Virus record (IMG/VR): IMGVR_UViG_3300045988_159560
Strand: one strand, 5' to 3'
Length of the DNA stretch: 37,955 bases
Source: a virus
Shown: piece by piece, positions 22,303-30,089 of the stretch
Numbering within the stretch: the stretch's first letter is position 1
Layout of the letters: each line of letters opens with the position of its first letter
Translations under genes and position numbers: made by a program
The notes under the pieces: generated by a model
Told to the model about the DNA's origin: nothing
The model's database searches: none
Seen by the model: the letters and a program-made list of their open reading frames with translations, nothing else

Positions 22303-22674
22303 ATGAAATCTATTATCAATGTTCTGATTGTAGTGGTAGTGGCGATCGTCTTTTCCTTGGTTCTGATGATGGGGCTTCCCGCTTATAGCGTCTGGCAGCA
22401 GGAGATGGCCGGAAAGGCCGAATTTGCCAAGGCGGAGCAGAACCGCCGCATCAAGATCGAAGAGGCAAAGGCGAATCTTGAGGCGGAGAAACTGAACGCG
22501 CAGGCCGAAATCGAACGGGCGAAAGGAGCGGCCGAAGCTATCCGCATCGAAAACGGCTCCATAACTCCGACATACATTCAGTATTTGTGGGTACGACAGC
22601 AGGGAAATATCCCGGAAAAAGTGATTTACATCCCTACCGAAGCCAACCTTCCGATTCTGGAAGCCAAAAAATAG
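22303..22674 (+). CDS. Membrane-anchored coiled-coil protein (resembles the C-terminal part of SPFH/HflK-like proteins)
   Basis: 123 aa from ATG 22303. N-terminal transmembrane helix IINVLIVVVVAIVFSLVLMMGL, then AEFAKAEQNRRIKIEEAKANLEAEKLNAQAEIERAKGAAEA. Confidence 0.4.
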   Translation: MKSIINVLIVVVVAIVFSLVLMMGLPAYSVWQQEMAGKAEFAKAEQNRRIKIEEAKANLEAEKLNAQAEIERAKGAAEAIRIENGSITPTYIQYLWVRQQGNIPEKVIYIPTEANLPILEAKK

Positions 22675-22683
22675 ACTGAAAAG

Positions 22684-22714
22684 TTGGGAATTTCCGGAAA
22701 GTTTCGTATATTTG
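22684..22714 (+). promoter_or_regulatory. Bacteroidota-type promoter (TTG-N20-TATATTTG)
   Basis: tatatttg at 22707-22714. The extended box cgtatatttgYatag is shared with the early promoter at 16587-16601. Confidence 0.6.
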
Positions 22715-22720
22715 CATAGC

Positions 22721-22813
22721 GACTTGCCCTCGCATGTATGATATAATGGCCGCAAGGTCATTCCAAGCGAACCGACAGGAAGGGCAAGTTCTTGTTGGTT
22801 CGCTTTATTTTTC
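22721..22813 (+). promoter_or_regulatory. Structured 5' leader or short RNA ending in an intrinsic terminator, upstream of the replication gene
   Basis: GNRA hairpin: aatggcc-gcaa-ggtcatt (22745-22762). Extended terminator stem: aagcgaacc/ggttcgctt (22765-22773 with 22797-22805) plus caggaa/ttcttg (22776-22781 with 22789-22794), followed by tatttttc. An alternative pairing joins acttgccct (22722-22730) to agggcaagt (22781-22789). Confidence 0.5.
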
Positions 22814-22821
22814 AACCTATT

Positions 22822-23766
22822 ATGAAGCTAAAGGACATACAAAATGGATGGATGAAAATTCCTACCGAATGGTACCGGGAGACCAGCGTTAAGTCATGTC
22901 GGGAACACGCCATGATCCAATGGTTGGTTATGAACGCGAACATTACGGAATCGGAGTGGAACGGGATCACGGTTAAACGCGGGCAAGTGGTGACGAGTCT
23001 GTCTAAGTTGAGCGAAGGGGTACAACAAAGTCTCCAACAAACACGCAACACACTTGACAACATAGTCAACAACAAAGAAGTAACAAAGACGGCAACAAAG
23101 ACGTATACCATAATAACTATCTGTAATTTCGATAATTACGTCGGTTTAAATTTTTGCGATAACAAAGAGGAGAACAAAGAAGCAACACAGCGAGCAACAC
23201 AGCGAGCAACAAAGAAGCAACACAGCGAGCAACAACAGATAAGAGATATTATAGAGAAGAAAGACATAGAGAGTACTTCTCGTACTGACGTACTCGAAGA
23301 TGCCGAGATAATAGATATTTCAGAAGATGCTGGTAAAAACTCAAAGCGCGTGCGCGCGAGAGAGAAGCCGGAAACCCCGAAGGAGGTGACGTGGCGAGAC
23401 AGCTTCGAGGTCTACCTGCAAGATTGCCGGGACGCATGGAAGAGATGGGTTGGCAACAGGGAGTGGATGGCAGAACGACAACGGTTCAATCCCGGCGTGA
23501 ATATCAAACTGACGCTTGAAAAGGCATGCAAGGAGTTTTGGGCCACGGAGGCCGGATGGTTGCACAAGAAAAAGAGCCGATGCAAGACGATAGACTGGAA
23601 ACGGATATTCGAATACGCGATTTCACAAAAAACAAACCGAGTGTATGAACGATCAAAAGACAATTCCCGCGGTAAGGATGGACTTACCGACGAGGAACGA
23701 GAACAGCTCGAAAGAGCTTTGCGAGGCGCTGCTAACGCCAGAGGAGTCCATGAGACTATTCCGTAA
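22822..23766 (+). CDS. Replication initiator / replisome-organiser-like protein (winged-helix N-terminus)
   Basis: 314 aa from ATG 22822 (MKLKDIQNGWMKIPTEWY...). RGQVVTSLSKLSEGVQQSLQQTRNTLDNIV fits a wHTH. A low-complexity linker coincides with the DNA repeats. Confidence 0.5.
   Translation: MKLKDIQNGWMKIPTEWYRETSVKSCREHAMIQWLVMNANITESEWNGITVKRGQVVTSLSKLSEGVQQSLQQTRNTLDNIVNNKEVTKTATKTYTIITICNFDNYVGLNFCDNKEENKEATQRATQRATKKQHSEQQQIRDIIEKKDIESTSRTDVLEDAEIIDISEDAGKNSKRVRAREKPETPKEVTWRDSFEVYLQDCRDAWKRWVGNREWMAERQRFNPGVNIKLTLEKACKEFWATEAGWLHKKKSRCKTIDWKRIFEYAISQKTNRVYERSKDNSRGKDGLTDEEREQLERALRGAANARGVHETIP
23071..23238. repeat. Iteron-like phased repeats flanking a 60-bp AT-rich island, inside the replication gene
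   Basis: AACAAAG starts at 23071, 23082, 23094, 23161, 23173 and 23208. GCAACAMAG-type 9-mers start at 23182, 23194, 23206, 23217 and 23229, spaced 11-12 bp. Region 23101-23160 has 17 G+C out of 60. Confidence 0.5.
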
Positions 23767-24259
23767 GCACCTCACGCCGCTGGCCTGCGCCAACTCCGGA
23801 GCCTATTCGTTGTCGGCCCTGCGAAGGATTCACAACGAAGATTCGGTAATTATGATGCTCGTCGCATGGATTTCCAACCTTCAAAGGTTTCTGAACGTGT
23901 CAGCCAAAATGGACGCCGCGCAGATGTACGAGACTTGCCGGATGATACTCGACGACTTCTGGGCATTGAACTGCGCCGATGTGCACCTTGTGATGCTGCG
24001 TGCAAAACAAGGATTCTTCGGACAGTTGTTCGGACGTATCGACGGGCAGATCATCTACCAGTGGTTCGCTCAGTACTTCGACGAGAGATGCGAGGCATGT
24101 GCCGGCCGAGAGATTCACATAGCCGGTCTGCATGATGCCGTAATCAATCGCATCGACGATGAAACGAAGGCAAAGATTCTTGAAATGTGGGAGAGGGGAA
24201 AGAAGGAGAAGATCAAGAATGCCTCTGTTTGCGATTCCTTGGCGGGTAGAATCGAATGA
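23645..24259 (+). CDS. Hypothetical replication-module protein, start uncertain
   Basis: 204-aa maximal ORF that overlaps the previous gene by 122 nt. Alternative starts are 23678 (MDLPTR) and 23750 (MRLFRK). Confidence 0.45.
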   Translation: MNDQKTIPAVRMDLPTRNENSSKELCEALLTPEESMRLFRKHLTPLACANSGAYSLSALRRIHNEDSVIMMLVAWISNLQRFLNVSAKMDAAQMYETCRMILDDFWALNCADVHLVMLRAKQGFFGQLFGRIDGQIIYQWFAQYFDERCEACAGREIHIAGLHDAVINRIDDETKAKILEMWERGKKEKIKNASVCDSLAGRIE

Positions 24260-24317
24260 AACCACCAAAGTGGTACATGGTATCACCTGAATATTTTTAA
24301 ACGAAATTTGAGGGATT

Positions 24318-24596
24318 ATGGCGACAAAACGAGATATTATTAGACAGAAAATATGGAGTCTTATTGGGGAGCTGACCATGGAGGTGTATGCCTATCAACC
24401 TAACCCAGCCGAGTATCGTTGGGTGTCAGAATTTTTCGGCCCAGACAAAATACCTGCCCACGCAATCACCAGCGGCAACCAATACGCCAACATATACGAT
24501 GTTGTGCGCTATGTCGAATGGCAGCACGCCACTGGCAGTTTGTTCGACGACGACACGGCGACCAGCTGCATGAGTTATTACGGATTATGCGAATAG
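24318..24596 (+). CDS. Hypothetical protein translationally coupled to the radical-SAM gene
   Basis: 92 aa. Its stop (24594-24596) lies 10 nt inside the radical-SAM ORF that starts at 24587. Confidence 0.5.
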   Translation: MATKRDIIRQKIWSLIGELTMEVYAYQPNPAEYRWVSEFFGPDKIPAHAITSGNQYANIYDVVRYVEWQHATGSLFDDDTATSCMSYYGLCE

Positions 24597-25464
24597 GTTT
24601 GGTTGACATAGACGGTCACAACTTTCCGAACCTCGCGCTGATGAAACTGTCAGCTTGGCATAAATCGCAGGGTGATTCGGTGGAGTTCGCCGACCCGATG
24701 TTCGGTCGCTACGACCGGGTTTACATGTCGAAGGTTTTCACTTTCACGCCCGATTGTCCGGACATCTACCATTGCGAGGTGATCCGGGGCGGGACGGGAT
24801 TCCGGGACTATACGACGGTACTGCCCGGTGAGATCGAGCATATTTGCCCGGATTATTCGCTGTACGGAGTAAATGAAGCCTACGGATTCCTTACCCGTGG
24901 CTGTCCGAATCGCTGCCCGTGGTGCATTGTTCCGCACAAAGAAGGAGCCATCCGGCCTGCGTCCCCGCTACGGGAATTCTCGGTGATAAACACCGGGCTG
25001 TATTGCTCGACAACAATGTGCTGGCATCGGACTTTGGGCTTGAACAGATCGAAGAAATAATCCGCATGGGCATCGCGGTAGACTTCAATCAAGGGCTGGA
25101 CGCCCGGCTGGCCGGCAACGACGCTTACATTCTCGATTTGTTGTCGCGGGTGAAGTGGATTCAGCATATTCGGTTTGCCTGCGACCGGATATCGCAACTG
25201 GAGGCGGTTACAAAGTGTGTCCAAGAGTTGGGGCGCCGAGGCATCAAGTCATATCGCATTTTCGTCTACTGCCTGATACAAGATGTAGATGAATCATTGG
25301 AACGGATCAACGCCCTGCGCAAACTGGGAGTCTGCCCGTTTGCCCAGCCTTACCGGGATTTCGATAATAACATTGAGCCGACGAAGGAGCAAAAACGGCT
25401 GGCGCGTTGGTGTAACCACAAGGCAATTTTCAAGAGTGTTGAATTCAAAAACTACAAATTATGA
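24587..25464 (+). pseudogene. Radical SAM enzyme interrupted by a single frame change (1-nt indel, sequencing error or recoding)
   Basis: The N-terminal part in frame 2 starts MRIGLVDIDGHNFPNLALMKLSAWHKSQGD (Rossmann/B12-binding-like) and contains FLTRGCPNRCPWC (CxxxCxxC). The protein-like sequence continues in frame 1 from about 24953-24985 (...LGDKHRAVLLDNNVLASDFGLEQ...) to 25464. The first frame terminates at 25060. Confidence 0.65.
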
Positions 25465-25838
25465 AAGACCAAGTAACGAGCATCGAGCAGTCGAAGCGGC
25501 TGATCGAACTGGGAGTGCCCGCGGAGAAGGCGAGCATGGTGTACCGAAAAACCAATATTTTAGGCATCGTCCGTCTGGAGGTAAAAAAGGGCAAAGGTGG
25601 TGTCGTAGCCCCCGCCTTCACGGTCGCCGACCTGCTGGAGCTTCTCCCGTCGATGATTTTTATAGGAATTAGATTTAATCCTATCTTGGAAAAGACCGGG
25701 GAGGATGGATGGGATTTTGAGTTCGGCCAAATTTTACAGGACAAGGAATATGGTTTCGCCCACAATAAAAGCCTTATCGACCTTCTCGTCGGCCGTATTG
25801 AGTGGGTGGTGTCTAACGGATATGGTTTGAACCTATGA
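25461..25838 (+). CDS. Hypothetical protein
   Basis: 125 aa with ATGA overlaps on both sides. Confidence 0.5.
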   Translation: MKDQVTSIEQSKRLIELGVPAEKASMVYRKTNILGIVRLEVKKGKGGVVAPAFTVADLLELLPSMIFIGIRFNPILEKTGEDGWDFEFGQILQDKEYGFAHNKSLIDLLVGRIEWVVSNGYGLNL

Positions 25839-26284
25839 AACTACCTATCGAAGTTCACAACAAATTGATCCCGTTCAAGGGATTCAGCTGGGTAACATGG
25901 CTGGTGTTCGCGTTCACCCGTAAGCCGATGGCGTGGAGCATGGACGAGACAACACGCCGACACGAAGGAATCCACTGCGCCCAGCAGATCGAACTGGCTG
26001 GGCTGTTCGCGGCAATCCTCCTGCCCGTCGCCATAAGCTACTCGTTCGCGTGGTGGGGCTGGGTCCTGACGGTGTTAGGCATTCTCTTCGCCGGCTGGAT
26101 TTGCTACGGCATTTCGTGGCTGATCGAAGTGATTATCCCGCCTTATCCGGGCGCTTACTACTACACCTGCTTCGAGACCGAGGCATACAACCACGAGGAT
26201 GATCCGGACTACTTGAGGCGGCGAATACCGTTCTGGGGCTGGATTTCCTGTATACCTAATCGGAAAGTTAAACACAAAAGATAA
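25835..26284 (+). CDS. Polytopic membrane protein with an HExxH motif (putative membrane metalloprotease-like)
   Basis: 149 aa. RRHEGIHCAQQIE is followed by hydrophobic helices (LAGLFAAILLPVAISYSFAWWGWVLTVLGILFAGWICYGISWLIEVII). Confidence 0.4.
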   Translation: MKLPIEVHNKLIPFKGFSWVTWLVFAFTRKPMAWSMDETTRRHEGIHCAQQIELAGLFAAILLPVAISYSFAWWGWVLTVLGILFAGWICYGISWLIEVIIPPYPGAYYYTCFETEAYNHEDDPDYLRRRIPFWGWISCIPNRKVKHKR

Positions 26285-26290
26285 CCAACC

Positions 26291-26572
26291 ATGAAAAGCG
26301 GAAAAGCGAAAAAAATCATCCGTGAAACTGACCTCTATATAAGTGTCCAAGGAGTAATGTTTCAAGATAGCCGCGAGATGATGAAGAAAGATGCAATAAA
26401 GGCGGTCGAAATCGCCGAGCAGGAGGCCGAGGAGCGAATGCGGAAGAAGGCGGTGAAGGCATATTGTCACGACTGTTGTTGCACGGTAGTAGGTGAATGC
26501 GGAATAGGATCGGAAAATTGTATAGCATTACGGGATTTCATCCAAAAACTGAACGAGGATGAAAACGATTGA
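26291..26572 (+). CDS. Hypothetical protein
   Basis: 93-aa ORF with a Cys cluster, YCHDCCCTVVGECG. Confidence 0.45.
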   Translation: MKSGKAKKIIRETDLYISVQGVMFQDSREMMKKDAIKAVEIAEQEAEERMRKKAVKAYCHDCCCTVVGECGIGSENCIALRDFIQKLNEDEND

Positions 26573-26852
26573 GGAAAGGGCGATAGAGTGGGTGGATTCA
26601 CAGGGAGCTGGGAGCGTGCACCCGTACAACAGGCAGGCGATGGTGGACGCTTATATTGCCGCTTATGAGGAACTGACCCGGTGGAACGATCCGAAAGAAA
26701 GCGTTCCGGATCATGAATGGGCTGTGCTCGTAAGGATCACTACAAGGATTTACGACATTGGCTCTTACAGCAACAAAATGGGACGATGGCTTATTGGAAC
26801 CAATTCCTTTGGTCGGGACGAAGTTCTCGGCTGGCGGGAGATTCACGAATGA
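26559..26852 (+). CDS. DUF551-like phage protein
   Basis: 97 aa. WNDPKESVPDHEWAVLVRI...GRWLIG...VLGWREI resembles the DUF551 pattern. Confidence 0.45.
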   Translation: MKTIEERAIEWVDSQGAGSVHPYNRQAMVDAYIAAYEELTRWNDPKESVPDHEWAVLVRITTRIYDIGSYSNKMGRWLIGTNSFGRDEVLGWREIHE

Positions 26853-26859
26853 CAGAACT

Positions 26860-27057
26860 ATGAAAGGATACAGAATCAAAGTAGTGGCACAAATAACCCT
26901 TAACGTCACCAAAGACGAGTTCGACGAGGACAATTCCATAGGATTGGAGTTCAACAAATTTAATGCGGTAATGTATGCGAAAGGTTGCCTTGTCGAACGG
27001 CTACGAAATAACCCCAATGCGGGTATCGTGAAGATTGAAGAATTTGAGTACGAATAA
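26860..27057 (+). CDS. Hypothetical small protein
   Basis: 65 aa from ATG 26860 (MKGYRIKVVAQ...). Confidence 0.4.
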   Translation: MKGYRIKVVAQITLNVTKDEFDEDNSIGLEFNKFNAVMYAKGCLVERLRNNPNAGIVKIEEFEYE

Positions 27058-27140
27058 ATTATGACACCGAAGGAACTTTACGACTGGGCGGTAGGGATGG
27101 GCGCCGAGATAGACAGATTGAACAACTTTAAAAAATAGTT

Positions 27141-27542
27141 ATGGGAGAGATTAAATTCCGAGGCAAGTGCCTCAAAAGCGATACATGGATTTACGGCAGT
27201 CTATTCAATAGTATTTGGAGGAAATCAGCTGACGGTAGCCGGGTTTGTTACATATTCCCTGACAACATGCTTGATGATGATAACGGCGGCGGGGACTGTT
27301 GGGAAGACTTTGCCAAAGTTGCCGAGCAATACGAGGTCGATCCAGCCACCGTCGGCCAGTACACGGGGCTGAAAGACAAGAACGGTCGAGAGATTTACGA
27401 GGGGGACATTATCGGAAGAAGCGATGGGAGCATCAACGGCTGGGAGTGGCCTTTCAAATCAGAGATCAATATGGATGTTACCCATTACTACAACGTATTG
27501 GGTAACATCCACGACAACCCGGATTTACCGAAAACAGAATAG
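27141..27542 (+). CDS. YopX-family protein
   Basis: 133 aa. IKFRGK..., GQYTGLKDKNGREIYEGDII and VLGNIHDNPDL are hallmark YopX motifs. Confidence 0.75.
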   Translation: MGEIKFRGKCLKSDTWIYGSLFNSIWRKSADGSRVCYIFPDNMLDDDNGGGDCWEDFAKVAEQYEVDPATVGQYTGLKDKNGREIYEGDIIGRSDGSINGWEWPFKSEINMDVTHYYNVLGNIHDNPDLPKTE

Positions 27543-27544
27543 CT

Positions 27545-28249
27545 ATGAAGAAGATAATGTTTAACGATCGCTACGGACTGACGGATGCGGTTATCGAGGG
27601 CCGAAAGACTATGACGAGGCGGTTGATTGACCCAATGCCGAAAGATTGCGCCAGCGTACACAAAAATTGCTGGGGTGCCGATTGGTCGGATGAGCCTATG
27701 TCTTTGGTAGTAGATCGAGACACAGTCGGTATATATTGCAAGTATTGTGGCAACGGCGTAAGATTGCATGATGGGGGATATCACTATAAGACCAAATACA
27801 AGGTCGGCGAGGTTGTGGCCGTGGCGCAAAACTATTTTTCAACTTATGATGAGAGTAAGTGGGAAAACGGAATTTGGTATAATGAGTTTGCAGACGGGAG
27901 CGATATAACAAATCACGCAGGGTGGCTTAACAAAATGTTAGTCCAAGCCGAGTATATGCCCCACCAAATCCGCATCACGGGAATCCGGTGTGAGCGGTTG
28001 CAGGATATTTCGGACGAGGACTGCATGAAAGAGGGAGTAGTAGGCGGGATAATTGGGTATTATGTTCCCGGCATACAATGCAAGGATTGGAGCAAAGAAT
28101 CGTATGTAGATACCGAGGATGGCAGAACTTGGAAATTATTCCCTACTCCCCGCCAAGCCTTCGCCGCCCTGATCGACAAGGTTTCCGGTCGGGGTACGTG
28201 GAAATCGAATCCGTGGGTCGTGGTTTACGAATTTGAGTTGGTGAAATGA
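27545..28249 (+). CDS. ASCH/PUA-like domain protein
   Basis: 234 aa. N-terminal AVIEGRKTMTRRLI and later IRCERLQDISDEDCMKEGV resemble ASCH-type phage proteins. Not verified. Confidence 0.35.
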   Translation: MKKIMFNDRYGLTDAVIEGRKTMTRRLIDPMPKDCASVHKNCWGADWSDEPMSLVVDRDTVGIYCKYCGNGVRLHDGGYHYKTKYKVGEVVAVAQNYFSTYDESKWENGIWYNEFADGSDITNHAGWLNKMLVQAEYMPHQIRITGIRCERLQDISDEDCMKEGVVGGIIGYYVPGIQCKDWSKESYVDTEDGRTWKLFPTPRQAFAALIDKVSGRGTWKSNPWVVVYEFELVK

Positions 28250-28485
28250 GCGACTTGATCTGTCAAATAGTTACCCGTAAAATATATGCTTACGTGGCCG
28301 AGATATTCGGGGGACCCGCATTTTGGAATGGAAAGTGGCATCTTATGGTCGATGTAATCTGGCGGGACAATGGATGTCCAATACGCGAAAAAATGGTGCT
28401 AAAGTTCGACACCAAAGAAGAGGCGGAACGGGTGAAAATCGGGACGATAGCAAAGGATAAAACACTTTATGAATTACTGAAATAG
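28246..28485 (+). CDS. Hypothetical protein
   Basis: 79-aa ORF with an ATGA overlap to the previous gene. Confidence 0.45.
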   Translation: MSDLICQIVTRKIYAYVAEIFGGPAFWNGKWHLMVDVIWRDNGCPIREKMVLKFDTKEEAERVKIGTIAKDKTLYELLK

Positions 28486-28517
28486 CGAGATTTCTGGCAA
28501 AATCTCGAAAAACTGAA

Positions 28518-29015
28518 ATGATTATGAGAACTTTTGATCTTGAAGCTGCCAAAGCAGGGGCGCCGGTGTGCACAAGAAGTGGGCTGGAGGCAAGAATTAT
28601 ATGCTATGACCGCCGGGGAGATAGTGATTGCAGGATGGTAGCCTTAGTGAATGCGGGTTATGAGGAACGGGTGCAGTATTATAGCCAAGCAGGAAAAATA
28701 ATACATAATAAGACTTGCGCAGATGATCTTATGATGCGCGACGACGACTACGCCGAGAAGCTGGCGCGGGGAGAATACGGACCAACTGTCAAAGAAAACT
28801 TGACAGTTGATGCCCCAACTTGTAAGTATTCCTTACCAGTTGACCGGGAGTACTGGCGGCGGGTGTACGCCGGGCAGGCAATGATGGGTATATTTGCCGG
28901 AAGGAACTGGCGCAAAGATGGGGCGCCGGATTGCATAGAACATGCCCGGAACGCTGTTGAACTCGCTGACGCCCTGATTGCAGAACTGGATAAAACGAAC
29001 AACAATGAAAAATGA
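28518..29015 (+). CDS. Hypothetical protein
   Basis: 165-aa ORF. It is preceded by an 8-bp hairpin, cgagattt/aaatctcg (28486-28507). Confidence 0.5.
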   Translation: MIMRTFDLEAAKAGAPVCTRSGLEARIICYDRRGDSDCRMVALVNAGYEERVQYYSQAGKIIHNKTCADDLMMRDDDYAEKLARGEYGPTVKENLTVDAPTCKYSLPVDREYWRRVYAGQAMMGIFAGRNWRKDGAPDCIEHARNAVELADALIAELDKTNNNEK

Positions 29016-29331
29016 TCGAGAAGTGCGCCCTACGTGGGTGCTGTGGTGGCTGCTTGCCATCGTGATTTCAGTGGTGTGCATCGCTTTTACCGGGGTAAAG
29101 CGGGCATACGGACAGGATGTCCGGGCGATAAAGGACTCGAAAGGGCGCGTGACTCACACCGTCCGCACCCGTAACGACGGCTCCCGCGAGATTCGGGATG
29201 CCTCCGGACGGCTCGAAGGGATCGTCCGCACCGACAACGCCGGTCGGGACCGGGTGTATAGTACGCACGGGACCGTGGAGTACACGGCGGACGCCGACAC
29301 GACGCGATCAGAACAATTTCAAGCATTTTGA
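29005..29331 (+). CDS. Membrane-anchored protein with short YD-like repeats (DxxGR)
   Basis: 108 aa from ATG 29005. Transmembrane helix WVLWWLLAIVISVVCIAF, then KDSKGRVTHTVRTRNDGSREIRDASGRLEGIVRTDNAGRDRV. Confidence 0.4.
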   Translation: MKNDREVRPTWVLWWLLAIVISVVCIAFTGVKRAYGQDVRAIKDSKGRVTHTVRTRNDGSREIRDASGRLEGIVRTDNAGRDRVYSTHGTVEYTADADTTRSEQFQAF

Positions 29332-29332
29332 T

Positions 29333-29340
29333 TATATTTG
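29333..29340 (+). promoter_or_regulatory. TAnnTTTG box (tatatttg) without a good -33
   Basis: Read directly. It lies only 3 nt before ATG 29344, so it either serves a later start (29380), gives a leaderless transcript, or is non-functional. Confidence 0.3.
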
Positions 29341-29343
29341 CGT

Positions 29344-29652
29344 ATGGCAGATGAAGTTATTATCGCCGAGGTGCGACTGGACATGATCCCTGACGAAGCC
29401 ATCAAAGAGTTTAGATGTCGGGGTGGCATAGGCAGCTCCATCAACATCAAGATTCAGAAACTGAAAGAACCCGACAAATGGGGAAACGAGTACTTCATTG
29501 CAATAGACTGGGGGAAAGGAAATCACCGAGAGGCGGCTTTCATCGGCAAGGGGCGTAGGGCGCCGTGGCTGAAAGACAATCAGGCGGCTCAGCAACAAAC
29601 ATCCAAGAATCGTTGGGCGCGCCATGACGATGTAGACGAAGAACCATTTTAA
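29344..29652 (+). CDS. Short SSB-like protein with an acidic C-terminal tip ending in PF
   Basis: 102 aa. EYFIAIDWGKGNHREAAFIGKG resembles the SSB core (F..v.aWgk.AE). The C-terminus DDVDEEPF resembles the bacterial SSB tip DDDIPF. Confidence 0.4.
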   Translation: MADEVIIAEVRLDMIPDEAIKEFRCRGGIGSSINIKIQKLKEPDKWGNEYFIAIDWGKGNHREAAFIGKGRRAPWLKDNQAAQQQTSKNRWARHDDVDEEPF

Positions 29653-29663
29653 AAACATAGATT

Positions 29664-30089
29664 ATGGAATTTGAGATTTTGGACCGATTGCTGGCGACGA
29701 TTGCCGTCACTACCCAGAATGTCCGCGGCCGTCATTGGACGCTGTACGGAGAGCATTATAAGAGCTGGCATCCTTTTTTCGACGAGGTGTATAAAAAGCT
29801 CAACGAAGCGGCCGACAATGTCGCCGAGTTGATCGTTCAGCTGGGCGGAGTTCCAGTGCACAGCATGTCGGGATTCATTGAAACCTCCGTGGTGGCCGAC
29901 ATGGTAACGTTGGGTGACTGGCGGCGTTATGTACGCGAGACCCGCGACGAGCTGGCCGAGATCATCGAGATCATCAACAAGAACGACAAGGAGGGGGTTT
30001 GGGATGGCGCCGCATCGAACGACCTGACCCAGATTGCCAGCACCCTGCGGCATTACTACATGTTTGCCGCCCAAACCTTGAAGGAGTAA
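29664..30089 (+). CDS. dps: Dps-family ferritin-like protein (DNA protection during starvation)
   Basis: 141 aa. RGRHWTLYGEHYKSWHPFFDEVYKKLNEAADNVAELIVQLGGVP. His24, His36, Asp51 and Glu55 reproduce the 12/15/19-residue spacing of the E. coli Dps ferroxidase ligands H51, H63, D78 and E82. Confidence 0.8.
   Translation: MEFEILDRLLATIAVTTQNVRGRHWTLYGEHYKSWHPFFDEVYKKLNEAADNVAELIVQLGGVPVHSMSGFIETSVVADMVTLGDWRRYVRETRDELAEIIEIINKNDKEGVWDGAASNDLTQIASTLRHYYMFAAQTLKE

Noticed and set aside
22797-22813. tRNA-like T-arm (ggttcgc) or a tRNA gene near 22720-22813
   Set aside because: No cloverleaf can be drawn: there is no acceptor stem, D-arm or anticodon arm with proper spacing. The segment folds better as a terminator hairpin with a U-tract.
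24318-24596. The 92-aa ORF as a RiPP precursor peptide matured by the adjacent radical-SAM enzyme
   Set aside because: The enzyme's C-terminal part shows no SPASM/twitch Cys cluster, the ORF is long for a precursor, and no protease or transporter is nearby. The idea is kept only as a remark within the radical-SAM finding.
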